Notes under the pieces: model-generated
What the model was told of the DNA's origin: nothing
The model's input: the letters and a program-made list of their open reading frames with translations, nothing else
Databases searched by the model: none
Shown: in pieces, positions 28,759 through 38,443 of the stretch
Layout: every line of letters starts with the position of its first letter
Numbering within the stretch: the stretch's first letter is position 1
NCBI GenBank assembly: GCA_002493625.1
Contig: DKZK01000010.1
Location: forward strand, 74,810-138,809
Length of the DNA: 64,000 bases
From: Lachnospiraceae bacterium UBA7076
GTDB lineage: Bacteria; Bacillota; Clostridia; Lachnospirales; Lachnospiraceae
Direction of reading: 5' to 3'
Made by a program: the position numbers and the translations under genes

Positions 28759-29535
28759 TTATTGTAATTGCATAACTTTATCTAAACCGTCATACGTTAT
28801 CTTAAGCTTTAAGTCATCAATATTATCCGTAAGCTCTGCAGAAATCTGATATATAAGTACGATTTCCCCGCGGCTGCTCGCCTCAAGAGTATCCTGGTAT
28901 GTATACATATCATCAAGCAAAATCGTCAGCATCTGCTTTGCGCTTTTCGAATCGTTTATTATAATGCTATAATTTGCATCCTTGGAATAAAGGTCAATAT
29001 ACTGATTATCATTTGTTTTATTTTCCAATTCAAATTTTAAGACAAGCAGCTTATATCCGCTTTGAGCTTCAATCTCAAAATATACCCCATCCTTGTCATA
29101 GGAAGGATATGTATCAAGCAGCATATAATAGGAATAGCGGATGTTAATATTATCCTCACCTAAAAATTCCGCTATGTTAAAATCAGCAGGCGCATCGGAA
29201 ACGATACCATTTACATCCTCAGCGTCAACCGGTTCCTCCGTTATTACGTTTCCAGGATGATTTGTTCCTGTCTCTGTAGAAGCCTCCGTTTCAGTAGCAG
29301 TATTCTCAGGGGATATCTCAATGACAGCCTCAGTGGAATTAAGCGCGTTGACCTCCGCTTCAAACAAGCCTTTCTCATATTTTGAGTTGACATTCCTGTC
29401 GTATTTTAATAATAACCCTCCTGCATACTCCGCAATCATCTTACTTTCATCATCCGTTAAATCTATAACCTGGGCGCATCCCACAAGAAAAAGTGACAGA
29501 ATCAGGATACTGCAGGAAAACCATCTTTTTTTCAT
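28759..29535 (-). CDS. lipoprotein of unknown function
   Basis: Lipobox LFLVGC after MKKRWFSCSILILS. The ATG at 29535 lies 6 nt after GGAGG. It is the last gene of the RR-HK operon. Confidence 0.7.
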   Translation of the reverse strand: MKKRWFSCSILILSLFLVGCAQVIDLTDDESKMIAEYAGGLLLKYDRNVNSKYEKGLFEAEVNALNSTEAVIEISPENTATETEASTETGTNHPGNVITEEPVDAEDVNGIVSDAPADFNIAEFLGEDNINIRYSYYMLLDTYPSYDKDGVYFEIEAQSGYKLLVLKFELENKTNDNQYIDLYSKDANYSIIINDSKSAKQMLTILLDDMYTYQDTLEASSRGEIVLIYQISAELTDNIDDLKLKITYDGLDKVMQLQ

Positions 29536-29595
29536 ATGCTTCCTCCGAATCATTAAACATAAATTGTATCCTAATTCTATCACTTTTTTTTCATA

Positions 29596-31071
29596 TCAGC
29601 AAGGCATATTCGCATCTAAATCAAAATAAAAAACTACGCCTTCCTCTGCATTGAAAACTCCGTAATCCTTTCCATGTGATTTCATTGCCGCCGCCACAAT
29701 GGAAAGCCCTATGCCGCTGCCGCCGTATTCCCTTGTTCTTGCCTTGTCAACCTTATAAAATTTGTCAAACAATCTGTCTATATCCTCATCCGGTATTTTT
29801 TCTCCCTGATTGAAGACAAAAACTCTTACGTTGTCTTCCGTACGGTCAAACGTGATTCTTATATCCCCGCCGGGCTTTACATGATGAATTGCATTTGTAA
29901 GATAATTTGTAAACACCTGCTCAATCAGGAATTCATCTGCCCATACATAAACAGGTGCGGCTTCATCGAATAAAATCCTTGCCCCAGCCTCCTCCACAAG
30001 AATGGATGACGCATCAATAATATTTTTTATAAAATCAACAAGCTCAAACCGTTCAAAGCTAAGGGTTGACTGTCCGAATTCAAGCTCATTTAGGTTGAGC
30101 AGCTTCACTACAAGCTCATTCATTTTCTTCGCTTCATCTATAATAACATCCGTGTAAAACTCCCTGCTTTCCATATCATCCGACAAATTACACCTTAATC
30201 CCTCCGCATACCCCTGAATAAGCGCAATGGGAGTTTTCAGTTCATGGGAAACATGAGACAGAAAGTCCTTTCGCATATCGTCAATCTGCTCCTTTTGCTC
30301 AATATCCTTCTTTAGCTTTGCATTGGCTGCTTTCAGCTCGGAAATTGTACTTTCAAGCTTTTCAGACATTTCATTCATACAGGTGCCAAGCTCACCGATT
30401 TCATCGTTTGTAAAAACAGAAGCCTTAACGTCAAAATCAAGGTGCGTCATTCTTTTCGCAACATTACAAAGACTTTTTATCGGCGCAGAAAAAATATTGC
30501 CGAATGCAAGAATAAACATGGAACCGAAAATAAGCAGGCCTATTGCCACCTTAATAAATACGTTTTTGACAACAAAAACCACGCTGTCAATTCTTGAAAC
30601 GGGACTCCTGACTATAATGTTGAAGCCATTGTCAAGACGTCCCACCAAATCATAATAATCCGCATTTATTACCTCATCATGATTTTTAGTGATAACATAA
30701 TTTGAGTATACATTTCTGGAAATAACATCTGCCGTTTCCATAGACCTTATGGCATTATTCAGGCTTTCCATTATACGGCTCTCGTCATTTATGGATGTAT
30801 ATATTTTCACATTCTTACTGTCAAATATAAGAATTGTTGCATCCAGCGGATTATAAATATTTCCGTAAAGGTCATTTGTCCCATAATTCCCGTCCTGATT
30901 TTGAGAGAAAAAACCATTGCAGGATTCATATGTGCTTTTTAAATTATTCTTCACATTGGACACAAAAATATCCTCAATAAAAAAATTACATATAATCCAT
31001 GATGCCATCAATATAAATGCACAGAAATTAATTACCATGAAAGTAATTTTGGTTCTTATTGAGCTTCTCAT
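29596..31071 (-). CDS. sensor histidine kinase (two TM, HAMP, HisKA, HATPase_c)
   Basis: H box HVSHELKTPI, N box LTNAIHH, G box GGSGIGLSIV. Confidence 0.9.
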   Translation of the reverse strand: MRSSIRTKITFMVINFCAFILMASWIICNFFIEDIFVSNVKNNLKSTYESCNGFFSQNQDGNYGTNDLYGNIYNPLDATILIFDSKNVKIYTSINDESRIMESLNNAIRSMETADVISRNVYSNYVITKNHDEVINADYYDLVGRLDNGFNIIVRSPVSRIDSVVFVVKNVFIKVAIGLLIFGSMFILAFGNIFSAPIKSLCNVAKRMTHLDFDVKASVFTNDEIGELGTCMNEMSEKLESTISELKAANAKLKKDIEQKEQIDDMRKDFLSHVSHELKTPIALIQGYAEGLRCNLSDDMESREFYTDVIIDEAKKMNELVVKLLNLNELEFGQSTLSFERFELVDFIKNIIDASSILVEEAGARILFDEAAPVYVWADEFLIEQVFTNYLTNAIHHVKPGGDIRITFDRTEDNVRVFVFNQGEKIPDEDIDRLFDKFYKVDKARTREYGGSGIGLSIVAAAMKSHGKDYGVFNAEEGVVFYFDLDANMPC

Positions 31072-31073
31072 AT

Positions 31074-31748
31074 TTAAACCTCGAATTTATATCCCATGCC
31101 CCAGATAGTCTTAATGTAATCTCCTCTGTCTCCCAGTTTGCTTCTAAGCTTTTTTACATGGGTGTCTATCGTTCTTGCATCTCCGAAATAATCATAATTC
31201 CAGACATTATTTAATATCTTTTCTCTTGAAAGGGCAACGCCCTTATTTACAAGGAAATAATTTAAAAGCTCAAATTCCTTGAAGCTGAGCTCAATTTCTT
31301 CACCGTCCACAAGAACCTTGTGTGCGGATATATCCATTTTTATTCCTCCGCATTCAATATTTTTCTCATCCCCTGCAAGACTGCTTCTCCTTAAAACCGC
31401 CTGCACTCTTGCAACAAGAATTTTAGGACTGAAGGGCTTTGTAATATACTCGTCAATACCAAGCTCAAAACCTTTTATCTCATCCTTTTCATCGCTTTTT
31501 GCCGTAAGCATAATGATAGGCACCATGGAAATTTTTCTTATTTCCTGTGCAACACCATATCCGTCAAGCTTAGGCATCATAACATCCAATATAATAAGCG
31601 CTATGTTCTTTGTGGACATGAAAACATCTACGGCTTCTTCACCGTTTGAAGCCTCCAGAACACCAAAGCCCTCCTTTACGAGAAAGTCCTTTACCAGCTT
31701 TCTCATACGGCTTTCATCATCTACAACAAGAATTTTTAACCCCTCCAT
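31074..31748 (-). CDS. OmpR-family response regulator
   Basis: REC (ILVVDDE, IILDVMMPKLDG, ITKP) plus a winged-helix C-terminus (IKTIWGMGYKF). Confidence 0.92.
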   Translation of the reverse strand: MEGLKILVVDDESRMRKLVKDFLVKEGFGVLEASNGEEAVDVFMSTKNIALIILDVMMPKLDGYGVAQEIRKISMVPIIMLTAKSDEKDEIKGFELGIDEYITKPFSPKILVARVQAVLRRSSLAGDEKNIECGGIKMDISAHKVLVDGEEIELSFKEFELLNYFLVNKGVALSREKILNNVWNYDYFGDARTIDTHVKKLRSKLGDRGDYIKTIWGMGYKFEV

Positions 31749-31824
31749 AAAGGTGCCTCCTTTAACAGGTAAAATAATTAAATATTATTATATTTCAACT
31801 TTATGTTAAAAATGTGAAATCCCA

Positions 31825-32385
31825 TCACTTATAATATTCTTTTTCAAGCTCAAGCAGCTTATCCTCCCGGATGGTAAGCTCCTCCTCCCATTTTTGCAGT
31901 CTTTCCTCCCATGCGGAATATTTGTCCAGAACCTTTTCCTCAGCATTAAAATATCCAACATTTTTGTTGGTTGCCATAATAAATATCATTCCCACTATGA
32001 CGATTATCATGGAAACGATTGCAAGTATAAGCCTGTTTTTTGTCATGCTCTGTTTATTATACCGCTTCTGAAGCTCCATATACTGTCTGCTTTGTTCACT
32101 GCGGCTTTTCACTCCGCCCGACGAAACAACCGGTATATAGGCCACGCTCACATTATCGTTATCCTCCTTAAGGAATGCCCTTAGCTCATAAAGAAAAGAA
32201 AAACCAACCGGAGTCCGGAAATATCTTTTTGAGACAAGCCTGTTGTAAAGCTCAATAAGATTTTCCTGATTCTCCATATTGATTTTCTGCTTAAGCTCTT
32301 TTATCGTTTCATACTCTTTTTTTGCTTTATCAAATTCTCTTTTGCTTCTGAAAATAAATCCGTCTACCACAAGCTTATCATCCAT
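31825..32385 (-). CDS. hypothetical single-pass membrane protein
   Basis: 186-aa ORF with one TM helix (LILAIVSMIIVIVGMIFIM). No family recognised. Confidence 0.6.
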   Translation of the reverse strand: MDDKLVVDGFIFRSKREFDKAKKEYETIKELKQKINMENQENLIELYNRLVSKRYFRTPVGFSFLYELRAFLKEDNDNVSVAYIPVVSSGGVKSRSEQSRQYMELQKRYNKQSMTKNRLILAIVSMIIVIVGMIFIMATNKNVGYFNAEEKVLDKYSAWEERLQKWEEELTIREDKLLELEKEYYK

Positions 32386-32416
32386 TCTTTTTCCTCCTTA
32401 TATTTTTCCTATAAAA

Positions 32417-32567
32417 CAAAAGGGACTGTCGCAATAAGGATTTATTTTCTTAGTAACTATGCATTTTAAACAAAGAAAAGCGGAAGTTAAGTAACACGTT
32501 GGAGCGTTCTTTGTTTAAAATGTATTAATGAAAGAGAATTAAAATCCTTATTGCGACAGCCCCTTTG
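32417..32567. repeat. 151-bp nested palindromic repeat (CTGTCGCAA arms plus inner 16-bp IR)
   Basis: Outer arms are CAAAAGGGACTGTCGCAATAAGGATTT and AAATCCTTATTGCGACAGCCCCTTTG. The inner perfect IR is CATTTTAAACAAAGAA / TTCTTTGTTTAAAATG. Confidence 0.85.
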
Positions 32568-32571
32568 TAGC

Positions 32572-33111
32572 CTACTGTGCATCTGTCGAAGTGCCTAAGT
32601 TCAAATTACCGTAAACCGTTATATCATTGTCGGCAGCAAGCGCCTTAAGCTCCTGCTCATACTGTGCAAGGTATGTTTCAGACTGGGTAATCATTCCCGA
32701 CGCATCTGTCAGGTAATCTGAATTTTCTTCTTTTATTGCAAGAACAACCTTATTCATGGCATCATACTGAAGCTGGCATGAAAGGGAATAAAGCTCCTTT
32801 AAATCTGCAACCTCGTCCGTAGCAGTTTCAATAGCTTCCAGCTCGTCCAGATATGTTTTCATACTTGGAATTGCCGTTGTTTCCATGTCATTCAGGAAAA
32901 TTCTTATATCAACATTTTCATTTTCAAAATAGGAATTGTAAATATTGATTGCCGTGTTTTTTTTGTCCTCTATTGCAGGTAATTCCTTATTTACAAAATT
33001 AAGAACATCTGATTTTACGTCAGATTTTTTATCTTTTTCCTTTTTACCGCATCCTGCTGCAAGCAAAACAAGCATTACTATCATTAACAGTGCATATATT
33101 TTCTTCTTCAT
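32572..33111 (-). CDS. lipoprotein of unknown function
   Basis: Lipobox LLAAGC. The ATG at 33111 lies 7 nt after GAGGAG. Confidence 0.7.
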   Translation of the reverse strand: MKKKIYALLMIVMLVLLAAGCGKKEKDKKSDVKSDVLNFVNKELPAIEDKKNTAINIYNSYFENENVDIRIFLNDMETTAIPSMKTYLDELEAIETATDEVADLKELYSLSCQLQYDAMNKVVLAIKEENSDYLTDASGMITQSETYLAQYEQELKALAADNDITVYGNLNLGTSTDAQ

Positions 33112-33257
33112 ATGTTTTCTCCTCATAACTTTTAATACCGCCGGACGTTTGCGAAACTATGCTTTGAACATCAGGAGTTTCACAATCACCCATTTTAATA
33201 CCACATGATTATACAACATAAAATTTACAAACACAAGTATTTCGTAAACATACCATG

Positions 33258-33968
33258 TCACTCTTTCTCATTTTCCGACATATATTTTTCATACAAGTCG
33301 GGTCTTCTTTCCTTTGTTCTTATCAGTGACTGCTCATGTCTCCACGCTTCTATATTTTTGTGATGTCCCGAAAGAAGAACGGGCGGAACCTTCATTCCCA
33401 TAAATTCCTCCGGTCTTGTATACTGGGGATATTCCAAAAGCCCGTCATAAAAGGATTCATACACCGCGCTCTCATCACTTCCCAGAACGCCCGGAACAAG
33501 CCTTGACACGGCATCAACAATTACCATTGCGGGAAGCTCGCCGCCGGTAAGCACAAAATCACCGATGGACACGTTATCCGTAACAATAAGCTCAAGCACT
33601 CTCTCATCTATGCCCTCATAATGTCCGCAGAGAATGATTAAATCTTCTTCTTCTGAAAATTCTCTTGCCATATCCTGATTAAAAACCCTGCCCTGGGGCG
33701 TCGTATAAATTACACGGGGTCTGTCTCTCTTACAGTATTTTTCAATCACATGCATATAGGACTGGTAAACCGGCTCTGCCTGAATAAGCATCCCTGCTCC
33801 GCCGCCGTAGGTATAATCATCCACATGTCTTGATTTATTATTTGCAAAATCCCTTATATTTACAACATTTGTATTTATCAGTCCCTTTTCAATAGCCCTT
33901 CCCGTAATGCTTTCTCCAAGACAGCCTTTTATCATCTCCGGAAAAAGCGTCAGTATATGAAAATTCAT
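33258..33968 (-). CDS. trmD: tRNA (guanine37-N1)-methyltransferase
   Basis: [12 protein letters not shown] start, and GGGAGM and [10 protein letters not shown] motifs. The start overlaps the rimM stop. Confidence 0.95.
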   Translation of the reverse strand: MNFHILTLFPEMIKGCLGESITGRAIEKGLINTNVVNIRDFANNKSRHVDDYTYGGGAGMLIQAEPVYQSYMHVIEKYCKRDRPRVIYTTPQGRVFNQDMAREFSEEEDLIILCGHYEGIDERVLELIVTDNVSIGDFVLTGGELPAMVIVDAVSRLVPGVLGSDESAVYESFYDGLLEYPQYTRPEEFMGMKVPPVLLSGHHKNIEAWRHEQSLIRTKERRPDLYEKYMSENEKE

Positions 33969-33969
33969 T

Positions 33970-34479
33970 TTAATCAAGCATTCCTTTCATAAGCTTAACA
34001 ATAACCTTCTTCCCTTCCGTGTCAATATCAATAACACAGTCGTTTATAACAGGTATAAGAAGCTCCCTGCCATTTTCCATAGCTACTGTAAATACATCGT
34101 TTGCGCCGGTCTGAAGCACATCATTCACTGTTCCCAGATGACTGCCATTATCCTCATACACGTCAGAGCCTATGACATCCGAAATATAATACTCCCCCTC
34201 CTCAAGAGGAACTGCATCCTCCCTCGAAACATATATATCGCAATTTCTGAACGCTTCAACCTCATTTATATCATCATATCCCACAAATGATAAAATAACT
34301 AAATTTTTAAAAAATTTGCAGGATTTTTTTTCTGCCTCTATGTCTCCTTTTTTTGTCCTTATTATACATTTTTTCAGCTTTTTAAATCTCTTTGCGTCAT
34401 CAGTGGTAGGGAAAACCTTTACCTCACCCTTTAAGCCGTGAGGCTTTGTTATAACGCCTATTCTAAAAAAATCTTCCAT
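33970..34479 (-). CDS. rimM: 16S rRNA processing protein RimM
   Basis: [16 protein letters not shown] motif plus a PRC barrel. The position between the KH gene and trmD is conserved. Confidence 0.92.
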   Translation of the reverse strand: MEDFFRIGVITKPHGLKGEVKVFPTTDDAKRFKKLKKCIIRTKKGDIEAEKKSCKFFKNLVILSFVGYDDINEVEAFRNCDIYVSREDAVPLEEGEYYISDVIGSDVYEDNGSHLGTVNDVLQTGANDVFTVAMENGRELLIPVINDCVIDIDTEGKKVIVKLMKGMLD

Positions 34480-34501
34480 ATTTTCTCCCGTTAAAATATT
34501 T

Positions 34502-34534
34502 AAGGGCTGTTGCGCTAAAGCGCAACAGCTCCTT
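34502..34534. repeat. short palindromic repeat variant (AAGGGCTGTTGCGC-TAAA-GCGCAACAGCTCCTT)
   Basis: Near-perfect hairpin between the KH-gene stop and the rimM start. It shares the GGGCTGT..ACAGC(C/T)CC ends with the CTGTCGCAA family. Confidence 0.6.
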
Positions 34535-34541
34535 ACACTTC

Positions 34542-34769
34542 TTATTTGATGTCTACAATTACCTTCTTGTCACCCTTTGACGCTGCTGCTTTCACAACAG
34601 TACGAATGGACTTGGCTATTCTTCCCTGTTTACCGATAACCTTCCCCATATCATCTGGTGCAACCTTAAGTTCAATTGTAATGGTATCTTCACTGATTGT
34701 CTCATTTACAACAACTTCCTCAGGGCAATCAACAAGAGATTTTGCTATAAATTCTACTAATTCCTTCAA
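34542..34769 (-). CDS. KH domain RNA-binding protein (YlqC family), TTG start
   Basis: KH motif GKVIGKQGRIAKSIR. The TTG at 34769 lies 7 nt after AAGGGAGGTG. The longer ORF-track start at 34808 would overlap rpsP. Confidence 0.85.
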   Translation of the reverse strand: MKELVEFIAKSLVDCPEEVVVNETISEDTITIELKVAPDDMGKVIGKQGRIAKSIRTVVKAAASKGDKKVIVDIK

Positions 34770-34788
34770 AAAACGCACCTCCCTTGTA

Positions 34789-35034
34789 TTACTTTTCGAT
34801 ACCTGCATGTTTTAAAAGCTTAGCAACCGTTTCCGTAGGCTGTGCGCCATTTGCAAGCCATTTCTTAGCTGCGTCCGCATCAATCTTTATAGCCGCAGGC
34901 TCCTGATTTGGGTCGTAAGTACCTATCTCGTCGATAAATCTTCCGTCTCTTGGTGACCTTGAATCTGCTACGATTACTCTATAAAAAGGATGCTTCTTGT
35001 ATCCCATTCTTCTAAGTCTGATTTTTACTGCCAT
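34789..35034 (-). CDS. rpsP: 30S ribosomal protein S16
   Basis: [34 protein letters not shown]. Confidence 0.97.
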   Translation of the reverse strand: MAVKIRLRRMGYKKHPFYRVIVADSRSPRDGRFIDEIGTYDPNQEPAAIKIDADAAKKWLANGAQPTETVAKLLKHAGIEK

Positions 35035-35081
35035 GTTTTCACCTCCTTAATTATTATTATCTATAATAGTTAAACCTATTA

Positions 35082-36428
35082 TCAAAGTCCAAAGGGCAGC
35101 TTAAAACCGCCTTTCTTCTTTCCCCCCATAAGACCCGACATCTGTTTCATCATTTTTCTTGACTGTTCAAGCTGCTTTATAAGCTTGTTTACCTCGCTTA
35201 TGGGAACGCCTGCTCCATCGGCAATTCTTTTTTTCCTGCTTGGATTTATTATATCGGGATTACTTCTCTCCTTCGGTGTCATGGAAAGAATTATAGCTCT
35301 CGGCATGCTCATGGCATCGTCGTCTATTTCAATGTTTTTAAGCTGTTTGTTTGAATTAAAGCCCGGGAGCATACCAAGAAGGCTGTTCATTCCGCCCATT
35401 TTTTCCATCTGCTCCATATTGTCAAGAAGGTCGTTAAAATCAAAGCTCGCCTTCTTGAGTTTCTGCTCCATCTCCCTTGCCTTTTCCTCATCAATGGCGT
35501 TTTGTGCTTTCTCTATAAGGCTTTCCACATCGCCCATACCAAGAATACGGCTCGCCATACGTTCCGGATAAAACTGCTCCAGATCCTCAAGCTTCTCCCC
35601 CATACCGGCAAACAAAATCGGCTTTCCCGTTACCGCCTTTATGGAAAGCGCGGCGCCGCCTCTCGTATCGCCGTCAAGCTTTGTGAGAATAACGCCGTCT
35701 ATACCAATTTTATCATTAAATGAGGTAGCTACATTTACCGCGTCCTGTCCTGTCATGGCATCCACGGTAAGTATCGTGTATGTTACGGAAATATTTTCCT
35801 TTATTTCTATAAGCTCATTCATCATGTCCTCATCAACATGAAGACGTCCCGCCGTATCTAAAAAAACAAGATTGAGATTGTTTTTCTGCGCATGTTCTAT
35901 GGCTGCCTTTGCAATATTGACAGGCTTATGCCCGTCACCCATGGAAAATACCGGAACACCAACCTTTTCACCGTTTATTTCAAGCTGTTTAATAGCCGCA
36001 GGTCTGTAAACGTCACATGCCACAAGAAGGGGTTTTTTTCCTTTTTTTACATACTGTCCCGCAAGCTTGGCAACCGTGGTTGTCTTACCTGCGCCCTGAA
36101 GTCCGCACATCATAATTACGGTCACTTCATTTGATGGAAGAAGCTTAAGCTCCGTTGTTTCCGAACCCATAAGCTTATCCATTTCCTCTTTGACTATCTT
36201 TATGACCATCTGCCCCGGATTCAGTCCTTTAAGAACCTCCTCACCGACAGCTCTCTCACTTACCGAATTAATAAACTGCTTTACAACCTTAAAGTTTACG
36301 TCAGCCTCAAGGAGCGCTCTCTTTACCTCCTTCATGGCTTCCTTAACGTCAGCCTCAGTAAGCATCCCCTTGCTTCTGAGCTTTTTAAACACGTTTTGCA
36401 GTTTGTCTGTCAGACTGTCAAAAGCCAT
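35082..36428 (-). CDS. ffh: signal recognition particle protein Ffh
   Basis: NG domain (GLQGAGKTTT, DTAGR, TKLDGD) and a Met-rich M domain. Confidence 0.97.
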   Translation of the reverse strand: MAFDSLTDKLQNVFKKLRSKGMLTEADVKEAMKEVKRALLEADVNFKVVKQFINSVSERAVGEEVLKGLNPGQMVIKIVKEEMDKLMGSETTELKLLPSNEVTVIMMCGLQGAGKTTTVAKLAGQYVKKGKKPLLVACDVYRPAAIKQLEINGEKVGVPVFSMGDGHKPVNIAKAAIEHAQKNNLNLVFLDTAGRLHVDEDMMNELIEIKENISVTYTILTVDAMTGQDAVNVATSFNDKIGIDGVILTKLDGDTRGGAALSIKAVTGKPILFAGMGEKLEDLEQFYPERMASRILGMGDVESLIEKAQNAIDEEKAREMEQKLKKASFDFNDLLDNMEQMEKMGGMNSLLGMLPGFNSNKQLKNIEIDDDAMSMPRAIILSMTPKERSNPDIINPSRKKRIADGAGVPISEVNKLIKQLEQSRKMMKQMSGLMGGKKKGGFKLPFGL

Positions 36429-36461
36429 GCCATACCTCCTGATAAATAGTTTTATTATTTT

Positions 36462-36818
36462 CTAAAATTCATCCAAAAGCTCGTCAGTAAGCATGCCAAG
36501 CTCGTCAAGTGTTTCATTCAGTTCAGGGTTTGTGTTTTTCCCTTTCATGTCCATAACCCTGCATTTTATGCTTTCTGCCATTTCTCTTGCTTTTACAAAT
36601 CTCTCCACAAGCTTAAGCTTTGTTTCGTAATCCTCAAGTATTTTATCGCAGCGCTTTATCATATCATAGACGCCCTGTCTTGATATGCCGTTTAAGCCTG
36701 CTATCTCGGAATATGACAAATCATTCATGGTAACATCTTCGTATATGCTCTTTTGATGCTCAGTCAGAAGCTCACCGTAAAAATCGTAGAGTAATGACTG
36801 TCTCACTATTTTTTCCAT
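36462..36818 (-). CDS. ylxM: YlxM/UPF0122 putative DNA-binding protein
   Basis: LLYDFYGELLTEHQ and SYSEIA sigma-70-region-4-like HTH. The position upstream of ffh is conserved. Confidence 0.85.
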   Translation of the reverse strand: MEKIVRQSLLYDFYGELLTEHQKSIYEDVTMNDLSYSEIAGLNGISRQGVYDMIKRCDKILEDYETKLKLVERFVKAREMAESIKCRVMDMKGKNTNPELNETLDELGMLTDELLDEF

Positions 36819-37024
36819 ATCCCACACCACCTGTAAAGTTATTTTGCTTTACAAACCTTATGTATCATAAATCATGGATAATTACTTGTCAAGTATTTTT
36901 TCTTGACAGGCATCCGGTCTGTATGAGGTATTTTCAGGCAATGATTTTAAAAAATAACATTGCACCTGTCATTTATCACTTCACTGCACATATAATATAA
37001 CAACGTCATTTTAGGATTTTATTT

Positions 37025-38263
37025 ATGGATTCAAATAACATTGACACAGGAAAATTAAGGATAAATGTCACAGGGCCTGAGGGAATTGTTCCCATTGATA
37101 ACGCAAGCATTCAAATTGCAAATACAGGAACCCCGAATACGATTTTGGAAACGATTAATACCGATACAAACGGTAACACGGAAACCATAGACCTTGCTGC
37201 GCCTCCTGTAGAATACAGCATGGAGCCTACGGACAATCAGCCCTACTCCGAATACAACATAAGAATAAATGCTCCCGGTTATTCGGAACAACTAATAACA
37301 GGCGTTCAGATTTTTTCCACACAGATAGGCATACAGAATATAAGGCTTATCCCAAATCCAAATCAACAGAACATATATGACCCTACCGTAATCGGAGGAC
37401 ATACCTTATGGGAATCTTATCCTCCAAAAATTGCCGAAGCGGAAATTAAACCTTTAAATGAATCCGGTGAAATTGTTTTAAGACGGGTTGTTGTTCCTGA
37501 AACAATAGTTGTACATAACGGAACGCCGGGCGATTCAACCGCAACAGATTATTATGTTCCATATCTGGATTATATTAAAAATGTGGCAAGCTGTGAGATT
37601 TACTCCACGTGGCCGGAATCCACAATACAGGCAAACGTTCTCGCAATCATGTCATTTACGTTAAACAGGGTTTACACGGAATGGTACAGAAACAAGGGCT
37701 ACAATTTTACAATAACCTCATCAACAGCCTATGACCACAAATGGATGAAAGGAAAAACGATATACGAAAGCATTGACCGTGTTGTTGACAGTCTTTACAA
37801 CAATTTTCTTTCACGCCCAAATATTAAACAGCCTATTCTCACCCAATACTGTGACGGCAAACGGGTATCCTGTCCGAACTGGATGACGCAGTGGGGTTCA
37901 AAGGCGCTTGGGGATGACGGATATACAGCGATAGACATTTTAAGATATTATTACGGCAGCGATATGTATATAAATTCTGCGGAAATCATTTCCGGCATAC
38001 CTGCCTCCTACCCGGGATATAACCTTACAAACGGGTCCTCCGGCGAGGCAGTCATTCAGATACAGGAGCAACTGAACCGTATCGCACAGGTTTACAGCGC
38101 AATTCCTACCATAAATGTTGATGGAATATACGGACCTGCCACTGCCAATGCAGTAAGAGAATTCCAAAGGGTATTTAACCTGCCCCAGTCAGGAATCGTT
38201 GACTACCCTACTTGGTACAAAATATCCCAGATATACGTCGGTGTGACAAAAATCGGAGGCTGA
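37025..38263 (+). CDS. peptidoglycan-binding protein, SleC-like cortex-lytic enzyme candidate
   Basis: The C-terminus has a PG_binding_1-type repeat (GSSGEAVIQIQEQLN..DGIYGPATANAVREFQ). The centre (YLDYIKNVASCEIYSTWPESTIQANVLAIMSFTLNRVYTEWYR) resembles clostridial SleC-type lytic enzymes by recall. The N-terminus is a beta-sandwich-like region, and no signal peptide is present. Confidence 0.6.
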   Translation: MDSNNIDTGKLRINVTGPEGIVPIDNASIQIANTGTPNTILETINTDTNGNTETIDLAAPPVEYSMEPTDNQPYSEYNIRINAPGYSEQLITGVQIFSTQIGIQNIRLIPNPNQQNIYDPTVIGGHTLWESYPPKIAEAEIKPLNESGEIVLRRVVVPETIVVHNGTPGDSTATDYYVPYLDYIKNVASCEIYSTWPESTIQANVLAIMSFTLNRVYTEWYRNKGYNFTITSSTAYDHKWMKGKTIYESIDRVVDSLYNNFLSRPNIKQPILTQYCDGKRVSCPNWMTQWGSKALGDDGYTAIDILRYYYGSDMYINSAEIISGIPASYPGYNLTNGSSGEAVIQIQEQLNRIAQVYSAIPTINVDGIYGPATANAVREFQRVFNLPQSGIVDYPTWYKISQIYVGVTKIGG

Positions 38264-38274
38264 TTAAGGCTATG

Positions 38275-38443
38275 AACGGGACTGCCACATTAAAAATATT
38301 TAAGGTATAATATAAAAAAATCGTTTGAAGACGTCGGTACTTAGGTGGCGTATTTTGCCACCTTAGTACCGTTACGTGGGAGACGAGCGAAAGCGTATTT
38401 TTTGATATTATACCGTAAATAACCTCAGTGCGACAAATCCGTA
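38275..38443. repeat. ~170-bp composite nested palindrome (CTG(T/C)C(G/A)CA arms, GGTATAATAT IR, CGTTACGT module)
   Basis: ACGGGACTGCCAC..GGTATAATAT..GACGTCGGTACTTAGGTGGC-GTATTTT-GCCACCTTAGTACCGTTACGT..GAGCGAAAGCG..GATATTATACC..CAGTGCGACAAATCCGT. The right arm overlaps the 3' end of ptsI. Confidence 0.8.
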
